A DNA stretch of 64,000 nucleotides from Candidatus Ozemobacteraceae bacterium. Its GTDB lineage: Bacteria > Muiribacteriota > Ozemobacteria > Ozemobacterales > Ozemobacteraceae. Location: positions 3,808,001 through 3,872,000 of the forward strand of contig OZ223236.1 in assembly GCA_965140445.1 (NCBI GenBank). The letters run 5' to 3'. A program made the position numbers and the translations under genes. The notes under the pieces are model-generated. The model had not been told where the DNA came from. It worked only from the letters and a program-made list of their open reading frames with translations, and searched no databases. How positions within the stretch are numbered: the first letter of the stretch is position 1; each line of letters opens with the position of its first letter. Shown here piece after piece: positions 28,408 through 36,292 of the stretch.

Positions 28408-29415
28408 ATGAATAAAACAATTATAGAGTTAAAAAATAAAAATATTCTGGTAACTGGTGCCGCAGGATTTATTGGCAGCCACCTCGTAGAAGAGCTTCTT
28501 AGAGCTGGAAACAGAGTAAAAGCTTTAATCAGATACAACTCCAGGTCTGATATAGGCTTCCTAAAAGAGCTTGCCCCGGAACTCTTAACAAACATGGAAA
28601 TAATCCATGGCGATGTCAGAGATCCCTTCGCTGTGGATTCAGCAGTAGCTGGTGTAGACGTGGTTTTTCATCTTGCTGCCTTAATTGGGATTCCATTCTC
28701 CTATACAGCTCCTCAAAGTTATGTAGCGACCAACATTTCCGGCACTCTTAATGTGCTTGAAGCCTGCAAAAAGCATTCTATAAAAAAAGTCGTTTTAACC
28801 TCAACCTCTGAGGTTTATGGAACCGCCCTTTTCACACCAATAACAGAAGAACACCCACTTCAGCCACAATCCCCCTACTCTGCAAGCAAAATTTCTGCAG
28901 ATGCCCTTGGGGTTTCCTACACAAAATCTTTTAATCTTCCTGTCAGTATTGTCAGGCCATTTAATACATTTGGACCAAGGCAATCTATGCGGGCAGTGAT
29001 TCCAACAATAATTGTCCAGGCTTTAAACAGAGATAAAATAAGTCTGGGAGACCTCACAACGACCAGAGATTTTAATTTTATAACCGATACAGTTAGTGGC
29101 TTTATTGCTGTTGCAGAGAAAGGCAAACCAGACGGAACGGTATACAATATTGCAACAGAAAACGGAATTACTATTGAGCAAACTGCAAAAAAAATCCTGG
29201 AAATTGTCGGCAGGTCCCTGCCTATTGAAACTGATTTAGCAAGACACAGACCACCAGAATCTGAAGTCAGAAAACTCATTGGCAGTTCGCAAAGGGCACA
29301 ACAAGAATTGGGATGGCGCCAGGAAATCACCTTTGAGCAAGGTTTAATAGAAACTATTTCCTGGGTAAATATGAATTTGGATAAGTTTCCAAACTCCAAT
29401 AGTTATGCAAAATAA
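28408..29415 (+). CDS. legB: NAD-dependent NDP-GlcNAc 4,6-dehydratase, LegB-type
   Basis: TGAAGFIG, HLAALIGIPFSY, STSEVYG, QSPYSASK, RPFNTFGPRQSMRAVIPTII. Confidence 0.85.
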   Translation: MNKTIIELKNKNILVTGAAGFIGSHLVEELLRAGNRVKALIRYNSRSDIGFLKELAPELLTNMEIIHGDVRDPFAVDSAVAGVDVVFHLAALIGIPFSYTAPQSYVATNISGTLNVLEACKKHSIKKVVLTSTSEVYGTALFTPITEEHPLQPQSPYSASKISADALGVSYTKSFNLPVSIVRPFNTFGPRQSMRAVIPTIIVQALNRDKISLGDLTTTRDFNFITDTVSGFIAVAEKGKPDGTVYNIATENGITIEQTAKKILEIVGRSLPIETDLARHRPPESEVRKLIGSSQRAQQELGWRQEITFEQGLIETISWVNMNLDKFPNSNSYAK

Positions 29416-30481
29416 TATCTCTGAAAATTGCCTTAAGACAGGCCACTTTGCACGAACATTTGTTATTGCAGAAGCCGGGGTAAATCACAATGGCGATTTT
29501 GATACCGCCATTAAACTTATTGATGCAGCAAAAATAGCTGGCGCAGATGCGGTCAAATTTCAAACTTTTAAGGCTCATGAGTGCACAAATCCAAATTCAC
29601 CGCTCGCCGAATATCAGGAAAAAAATTCACAAGAAATTACCAATCAATTCGATCTGTTAAAATCATTGGAATTGGATTTTGCAGATTTTGATAAACTTAA
29701 ATCCTACGCAGAAGAAAAAGGGCTCATCTTCCTTTCCACACCAGACGGCCTCGAAAGCCTCCATAAGCTCGAACAAATAAAAGTTTCTGCAATAAAAATT
29801 GGCTCCGGAGAACTTAATAACAAACTTTTTTTATCTCAAATAGGAAAAACCGGTTTACCAGTGATTCTTTCTACAGGAATGGGAACAATTGGGGAAGTTC
29901 AAAATGCAATCGAAATTTTATCTAACTCAGGAGCAGGAAAATTACATCTCCTCCATTGCACGACTGGATATCCAATAACAGAATCAGAAGCAAATCTAAG
30001 AGTTATTACAACTCTTCAGCAGGCCTTTCAACTGCCAACCGGCTATTCTGATCACACTCTTGGCATTGAAGCAGCGATTGCAGCTGTAAGCCTGGGTGCC
30101 AAAATAATAGAAAAGCATCTTACTCTGGATAAATCTATGCACGGTCCCGATCACCTTGCTTCAGCGAATCCTGATGAGTTCCAAAAAATGGTTTCTGCGA
30201 TCAGAAAAGTGGAAAAAATGCTGGGGAATCCCATCAAAGTTCCATCCGAATCCGAATTAGAAATAGTTAAATCAGTCAGAAGAAGTCTTTGTGTAAATAC
30301 CAGTATAAAGAAAGGTCAGGCTATAACAGCAGACAAACTTGAGTTAAAAAGACCTGGAACCGGTATTTCACCTGAATTTTATGAGATAATTATCGGCCGT
30401 GTAGCTGCCAAAGATCTTGCCAGGAATGAAGTTCTAACCTGGTCAGCAATTGGAGGATTTTCAGTTGCTAATGCTGATTGA
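29405..30481 (+). CDS. neuB: Nonulosonic acid synthase (NeuB/LegI family)
   Basis: IAEAGVNHNGD, DAVKFQT, KIGSGE, LSTGM, LHCTTGYP, GYSDHT, IEKHLTLD, GPDH; C-terminal SAF domain KRPGTGISP. Confidence 0.95.
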   Translation: MQNNISENCLKTGHFARTFVIAEAGVNHNGDFDTAIKLIDAAKIAGADAVKFQTFKAHECTNPNSPLAEYQEKNSQEITNQFDLLKSLELDFADFDKLKSYAEEKGLIFLSTPDGLESLHKLEQIKVSAIKIGSGELNNKLFLSQIGKTGLPVILSTGMGTIGEVQNAIEILSNSGAGKLHLLHCTTGYPITESEANLRVITTLQQAFQLPTGYSDHTLGIEAAIAAVSLGAKIIEKHLTLDKSMHGPDHLASANPDEFQKMVSAIRKVEKMLGNPIKVPSESELEIVKSVRRSLCVNTSIKKGQAITADKLELKRPGTGISPEFYEIIIGRVAAKDLARNEVLTWSAIGGFSVANAD

Positions 30482-31520
30482 AATAGCCAATAAAAAAAGC
30501 TGGAATGATTATCTTGCAAAAATAGATGATTTCCCAGCAAAATCATATTACAGGTTCTGGTATGCACAAGCTTGTGAAATTTCCGACTCTGCAAAAGCCT
30601 GTGCTGTTTACTTTGAGGGACCAGATTCAGGCAAGGTTTTTTATCCATTTTTATTAAAAAAAGTGCCGGAAATAATTTCAAAAAACGATTTTTACAGCGT
30701 GGAATCTTTTTATGGATACGGTGGTCCACACTTCCAGAACTGTTCAGAAAAAGATATTGCAGTTTTCTTTTCCGAAATTGAAAAGTGGTTTGAAAAGCAA
30801 AATGTAGTTGCCGAATTTGTAAGATTTAACCCGTTCACCCGAAATCACTTACTTGCAAAAGACAATTACGCTCTTGAGCATAACAGAACAACTGTGTATG
30901 TTCAGCTAAATACTGAGGATGAAAATTTCGATCCGATCAGCTCATTCTCCCCCGCCCGATTGAGAAACTATAAAAAATCTTTGAATTCAGAGCTGGTAAT
31001 CAAAGTAAGCAGATCTATCCATAATTTCCAGGAAATTTATGAAAAAACTATGTGCAGGCTTAGCGCCTCTGAATATTTACGCTTTTCAAGCGAGTATTTT
31101 GCCCATCTGGCTAATATTGTTCAAAATTCAGATGAAATATTAATTTTCGAAGTTCATCGCCACAACCAATGCATCGCCGCTTCAATGATTTTTAACGAGA
31201 AAAACGCTCTACATTACCACCTTGGAGGCATGGACAAAGATTTTAAAGAGTTTTACCCCAGTGTATATTTGTTCTCTGAAGTCATAAAATTTGGCAATTC
31301 CAGGAACAGGAAAATTCTTCATCTTGGCGGTGGCTTGTCCATGGATCAAAATGACGGGCTTTTCCGTTTTAAAAAAGGATTTTCAAGAACTACTCTTGAC
31401 TTTTACATCGGAAAAAAGATACATAATCACCCTGTATATAAAGAGCTATCAAAGAAATGGTCAGCCCTTTCAAATAAAAAGTCATCAAGATTTCTACACT
31501 TTCATGACACAATAAAATAA
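30471..31520 (+). CDS. GNAT-fold protein, FemAB-like
   Basis: YGYGGP, VAEFVRFNP, HYHLGG, LHLGGG, DGLFRFKKGF. Confidence 0.85.
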   Translation: MLIEIANKKSWNDYLAKIDDFPAKSYYRFWYAQACEISDSAKACAVYFEGPDSGKVFYPFLLKKVPEIISKNDFYSVESFYGYGGPHFQNCSEKDIAVFFSEIEKWFEKQNVVAEFVRFNPFTRNHLLAKDNYALEHNRTTVYVQLNTEDENFDPISSFSPARLRNYKKSLNSELVIKVSRSIHNFQEIYEKTMCRLSASEYLRFSSEYFAHLANIVQNSDEILIFEVHRHNQCIAASMIFNEKNALHYHLGGMDKDFKEFYPSVYLFSEVIKFGNSRNRKILHLGGGLSMDQNDGLFRFKKGFSRTTLDFYIGKKIHNHPVYKELSKKWSALSNKKSSRFLHFHDTIK

Positions 31521-31548
31521 ATTGATCCTGGCAAAATGGAGCTTGAAA

Positions 31549-32226
31549 ATGCAAACTTTCGACAAGCAGTGGGAAAAAGTTCATTCTGAAAAAAATTGGG
31601 GTAAATACCCAACAGAAGAAGTCATACGCTTTGTTGCCAGAAATTTCTTCAAGTGTGAAAACAGAAAATCCATAAAAATCCTTGATTTTGGCTGTGGAAC
31701 AGGCGCAAATGCATGGTTTGTTTCTCGGGAAGGCTTTGATCTCATAGCCTTTGACGGTTCATTTAGTGCATTAAAGAAAGCCCGGAAAAATTGCCTTGAA
31801 AGCATTAATAATGCCTCCTTCTTAAACGCCGATGGCGGACAGCTGCCATTTAAAAACAACTCCTTTGACGCAATAATAGATTCTGCAGCCATCTCAGCGA
31901 ATTCTCTTTCTGGAATTCGTCAACTTCTGAAAGAAAGTTTTAGAGTTTTAAAACCAGGCGGAAAATTTTTCTCATCAGGCCTTTTTAAAAGATCAATGAC
32001 TGGTTACAAAAGTGGCGACCAGATAGATAATCATAGCTTTAGAAACATAAAGATCGGTGCCCTCTCAGGAATTGGAACTGTCCACTTTTTCTCCAAACGG
32101 GAAATTGTCGCAGAATGGGGTAAAATTGGATTTAGAGAGCTTCAAATTGATTCGATCGAAAGGTCGGATAACAATAGCAAAACCTGGGTAAAGTATTTTG
32201 TCGCTCAATCAACAAAACCGGAGTAG
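31549..32226 (+). CDS. Class I SAM-dependent methyltransferase
   Basis: WGKYPTEEVIRF, ILDFGCGTGAN, LPFKNNSFD, RVLKPGG. Confidence 0.9.
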   Translation: MQTFDKQWEKVHSEKNWGKYPTEEVIRFVARNFFKCENRKSIKILDFGCGTGANAWFVSREGFDLIAFDGSFSALKKARKNCLESINNASFLNADGGQLPFKNNSFDAIIDSAAISANSLSGIRQLLKESFRVLKPGGKFFSSGLFKRSMTGYKSGDQIDNHSFRNIKIGALSGIGTVHFFSKREIVAEWGKIGFRELQIDSIERSDNNSKTWVKYFVAQSTKPE

Positions 32227-32229
32227 CTT

Positions 32230-32739
32230 ATGTCAAACCAGTCACATTATATTGACGATAATTTTTCCAATATTTCTGTTGCATTAATATGTCCGGAAAT
32301 TCCTCAAAACACGGGCAATATCGCACGCCTCTGCAAAGCCACTGGGTGCACTCTTGTATTGGTAAGACCATTGGGCTTCAGACTTACAGATAAAGGGCTT
32401 CAACGTGCAGGAATGGATTATTGGAAAGATTTAAACCCAATAATCCTGGATGACATAGAAGAATTTATAGAGTGGTCCAGCAATAAAAGAGTATTTTATC
32501 TGTCAGCCCATGGAACAAAGAATTATGCACAGGTTAAATTTCAACCCGGCGATGTATTGGCGTTTGGATCAGAATCTGCAGGGCTTCCCGATCTGATTTT
32601 GAAATCGGCAATTGAATCGGATAGCTTAATATCATTGCCTATGGTTAAAGATGCAAGATGCATAAACATAGCGACATCTGTTTCAGCATCGCTGTATGAA
32701 GCTTTAAGACAAGTCTATAACTGGTCATCTCCAGAGTAA
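32230..32739 (+). CDS. trmL: tRNA (cytidine/uridine-34 2'-O)-methyltransferase, SPOUT family
   Basis: PEIPQNTGNIARLC, PLGF, RAGMDYW, FGSESAGLP, LPM, YEALRQ. Confidence 0.92.
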   Translation: MSNQSHYIDDNFSNISVALICPEIPQNTGNIARLCKATGCTLVLVRPLGFRLTDKGLQRAGMDYWKDLNPIILDDIEEFIEWSSNKRVFYLSAHGTKNYAQVKFQPGDVLAFGSESAGLPDLILKSAIESDSLISLPMVKDARCINIATSVSASLYEALRQVYNWSSPE

Positions 32740-33086
32740 TCCGGAGCTTCAAAATCTGCTCCGCCGGAGGCATTGCCAGAAAGCTCTTCTTCAGCCATGG
32801 CGTCAATTTCGTCGTCCATGTTTTCGCCCATTTCTCTTGCCATGTTTTTAGCCCAGGAAGCAAAAGTTTTTGGATCACTTTCATCTAACCCGGCAAGGCT
32901 GGATGGATCTGCCAGTTTCTCCATCAACTCTTCATCAGATCTAAGAACTTTAACTCTGGAAACCAATCTTTTACCATTCTCAGATCCACATTTGACACAG
33001 TTGTGTTTATCGTCTCGCTGGGATATTGGACATAAAACCGTGAATTTTTTGCGACAATCTCCACATAAAAATTCGTAAACAGGCAT
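32715..33086 (-). CDS. FmdB-family zinc-ribbon protein
   Basis: MPVYEFLCGDC...CVKCGS...RLVS. Confidence 0.88.
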   Translation of the reverse strand: MPVYEFLCGDCRKKFTVLCPISQRDDKHNCVKCGSENGKRLVSRVKVLRSDEELMEKLADPSSLAGLDESDPKTFASWAKNMAREMGENMDDEIDAMAEEELSGNASGGADFEAPDYSGDDQL

Positions 33087-33178
33087 TAATTGATCTCCTC
33101 AAAGTATTTCCATCTATGAAAATTATATGTTAAACTTTATTCCATAATCAAGTCGTTATCAACTAATCAGGGGAAAAA

Positions 33179-36100
33179 ATGTCCAAGTCACCCTTAGAAC
33201 TGATTAAAAGTACAGATGATTCTCTCTGGCGAGAGGGACTAAATGTACTTCTGATTCAAAATGATCATGAAGCTTGCGAGGGAATCATTTCCATGCTTTC
33301 TGATAAAGCATGGCATAAACGAGAGGCAGCAGCAAAAGCCCTTATCGAATGGGGGGCTGAACTCACAGGTGCTATAATCAGCCACCTTGATGAGGGAAAT
33401 CAGGACGAATTTTATTGGCTGCTCCATGTACTCGGAAGCTTTGCAAATGAACAGAGTATCCAGACCCTGAAAAAGTTTCTTTCCCACAATGAAGCAGAAA
33501 TCAGGGCTTACGCTATTCGAGCACTTGGAATAAACAATTCTATTGATGCTGCAAGGCCGCTCTATCCAATGCTTAACGATTCCAACTGGGTCGTTCGCAA
33601 ACTTGCATTTGAAAACCTTCTTGAATATGGCGACAAGATTTTAGACGATCTTAGAAAAATGATCTTAAGTCCTTCTAAAGAAACCAATCATTCAGTCATC
33701 GCCTTGTTTATAAAAATTGGTAAGGACGACGTTCTTCAGGAATTGAGAGCCATTTACCAGAAGGGCAACTTTTCATTAAGATATTCAGTCATTTCTTCCC
33801 TAAAAGAACTGGGAACCCCTGCTGCTATTGACTTCTTGATTCAAGGGCTTGCCGATCCTTCATGGGCAATTAGAAAAAAAGCTGGTGAGGAGCTAATAGA
33901 ACTGGGTTCTAAGGTTTTTGACAAGCTTACTGCTGCTTTTAACAAATCGGATTCGCTGATAAAGAATCAGATTATTTCCATATTGGTAGACCTTTTGGGA
34001 GATAAGGCCCTCCCTCTTTTACAAAGACTTTTGACCACCAATGATCATGAATATAAGCTTCTTGCCATTTTAAATCTGTGCCGAATTAAATCAGATGAAG
34101 CTACCATGGCTTTACTCTCAAGTCTTTCAGATCCAAGCAGAATCGTATCAGACTTTGCTTCTGATTGCCTGGCAGAGAAGCCTAACCTGAACATTCAACT
34201 ACTTCTGGATCATCTTTCAACCGAAGATGAAAATCTGAGATTTCAAATAATTAAAATAGTTGGTTCGATTGGTGGCCTTGCTTTAGCTCCAATCATTAAA
34301 ATCCTTGAAAACGGCAACAAACAGGAAAGACTTTTCCTCCTTGGAGTATTACAGAAAATAACGCCTAATCAGGATTTGATTGACGTATTGATTAAACTTT
34401 TGGGGGATAAAAGCTGGCCCGTCAGAAACGGAGCAGCCAATTGCCTTGTCGGATACGGTGAAATTTCTGTTCCTGCAATCGTCAAAGCCCTCAACAACCA
34501 TTCTGAAGACATTCAGTTCTGGTCTAGAAGAGCACTTCTTAACATTGGGCCACGAGCAGTTGCCATTCTTACAGAAATTTTGCAAAACAATTCTGAACCG
34601 GGACTGGTTCCTCATATTGTTGCCGCACTTCTTTCCATGGACCATTCAGATGCCGTTCCCGCAGTTCTGAAGTTCATTGAAAATAACGATGATTTAAGAG
34701 TTCAATCAATTTTTGAAAACATTCCGGCCATCAGATCCAAAGATGTCATAAATACCATCTTGAATCTTTTGTCTCATCACGATGAAAGAGTCGCAAACTG
34801 GCTTTCAATTTTGCTTAACAAAGTAGACGATCCTAATTTGCGCAAAACTGTTTTCCTGGGCTTTTCCCATTCCAACGACAAAGTCAGATACTATGTCAGT
34901 CAGGCAGTGGCTTCCTGGAGAAATATGACAGAAGCAGACCTTAAGGTTGTCACCAGACAAATGCCAGTGGAAAGGTCAAAAGCAAACCTTAGAAACATAG
35001 TTCAAATAATCTCGAAATACCCGTATCCTTCAGTAATTGAAAACATTGAAAGCTTTTTAACATCTTCAGAACCTTCAATAATGCTGGATATGATGTTAAC
35101 CCTTTCTGAGGGCGGAATTCCAGAATTTCTAGAAATGCTAAACCGACTTTTACTTAACAGGTCTGAGGTAATTAATATTGAAGACGTTGATAAAGTAGGG
35201 AAAATCCTCGGAAACGTTTATCGCGATAAACCCGAAGGATTAATACAAGGTCTTAGATCACCATCAATGGCTTACAGACTTTGTTGTATTATTGCTCTTG
35301 AGTCAATTGAAAGTAGAAAAGTTGCATTTGCAATCATGGAAAACCTGCTACAAGATGAAGATCCAATTGTCACAAAAAGGGCTGCAAAGGTATTGGCAGG
35401 GTATTTCTTCCACGACGACTTTAGATTAAAAGGAGCGGTTACCGACTTCCTTCTCAGTCTGGGAAGCATCATTACCGAGCCTTTAACAGAAGTTATTGAA
35501 ACACTCGAGAACGAAATTGATAAAAAGGCTTTGGTAGATCTCATAGAAAGCGTCGGCGGGAAAGTTTCTGACGATATTTTGCGACCAAAAGACGGCAAAA
35601 AAATCGTTCTTTCAGATAATCATCTTGACGATGTTCTCGAAAGAAGAAGAGCAGCACTGGAAGAAATTGAGAAGTATGATGAAATTATTAAAACCACTCA
35701 TACTCAGGATCTTTCAATCATGTTTACCGATGTTAAGGGCTATACAGCTTTTAGCGCAAAAGCATCTCTTTCAGAAGTCATGTCGATGCTCAAACAACAT
35801 GATGAAATTCTAAAGCCTGTTTTTGAGAAATATGGTGGTGAAGCTCTTAAAAAGATCGGTGACGCCTTCCTCGTTGTTTTTGAGAATCACAACAACTCGA
35901 TTCTAGCTGCAATTGAAATTCAAAGACAACTAGAAAGATTCAACCAGAACGTTCCTGAAGAAAGACAGCTTGCAATAAGAATTGCCGTTAACACTGGATC
36001 AGTAATCAGAACAGAAAATGACGTATTGGGTGATTCGGTTAACCTGGCATCAAGGCTAGAGGGCGTTGGAGATGCTTTTGAAATCATTATTTCAGACAAT

Positions 36101-36205
36101 ACCTATGCAGTTATTGATCAGAAGATTTTCGAAATTGAACCCTATGGTGAACACACTCTTAAGGGAATCGACAGAAAAGTAAAATCATACAAAGTTAAAT
36201 GGTAG
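33179..36205 (+). CDS. HEAT-repeat protein fused to C-terminal class III adenylate cyclase
   Basis: About 800 aa of HEAT repeats (LNDSNWVVRKLA, LADPSWAIRKKA, LGDKSWPVRNGAA); cyclase motifs MFTDVKGYT, KKIGDAF, IRIAVNTG, DVLGDSVNLASRLE, LKGI. Confidence 0.9.
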   Translation: MSKSPLELIKSTDDSLWREGLNVLLIQNDHEACEGIISMLSDKAWHKREAAAKALIEWGAELTGAIISHLDEGNQDEFYWLLHVLGSFANEQSIQTLKKFLSHNEAEIRAYAIRALGINNSIDAARPLYPMLNDSNWVVRKLAFENLLEYGDKILDDLRKMILSPSKETNHSVIALFIKIGKDDVLQELRAIYQKGNFSLRYSVISSLKELGTPAAIDFLIQGLADPSWAIRKKAGEELIELGSKVFDKLTAAFNKSDSLIKNQIISILVDLLGDKALPLLQRLLTTNDHEYKLLAILNLCRIKSDEATMALLSSLSDPSRIVSDFASDCLAEKPNLNIQLLLDHLSTEDENLRFQIIKIVGSIGGLALAPIIKILENGNKQERLFLLGVLQKITPNQDLIDVLIKLLGDKSWPVRNGAANCLVGYGEISVPAIVKALNNHSEDIQFWSRRALLNIGPRAVAILTEILQNNSEPGLVPHIVAALLSMDHSDAVPAVLKFIENNDDLRVQSIFENIPAIRSKDVINTILNLLSHHDERVANWLSILLNKVDDPNLRKTVFLGFSHSNDKVRYYVSQAVASWRNMTEADLKVVTRQMPVERSKANLRNIVQIISKYPYPSVIENIESFLTSSEPSIMLDMMLTLSEGGIPEFLEMLNRLLLNRSEVINIEDVDKVGKILGNVYRDKPEGLIQGLRSPSMAYRLCCIIALESIESRKVAFAIMENLLQDEDPIVTKRAAKVLAGYFFHDDFRLKGAVTDFLLSLGSIITEPLTEVIETLENEIDKKALVDLIESVGGKVSDDILRPKDGKKIVLSDNHLDDVLERRRAALEEIEKYDEIIKTTHTQDLSIMFTDVKGYTAFSAKASLSEVMSMLKQHDEILKPVFEKYGGEALKKIGDAFLVVFENHNNSILAAIEIQRQLERFNQNVPEERQLAIRIAVNTGSVIRTENDVLGDSVNLASRLEGVGDAFEIIISDNTYAVIDQKIFEIEPYGEHTLKGIDRKVKSYKVKW

Positions 36206-36235
36206 CTTAAAAATTAAAGCACCATCCCCCTGGAT

Positions 36236-36281
36236 AAAAAAAACGCTTTCATCAGCATAATGTGATGAAAGCGTTTTCTTT
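36236..36281. terminator. Bidirectional Rho-independent terminator
   Basis: AAAACGCTTTCATCA / TGATGAAAGCGTTTT between convergent genes. Confidence 0.85.
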
Positions 36282-36292
36282 ATTATGTATTT

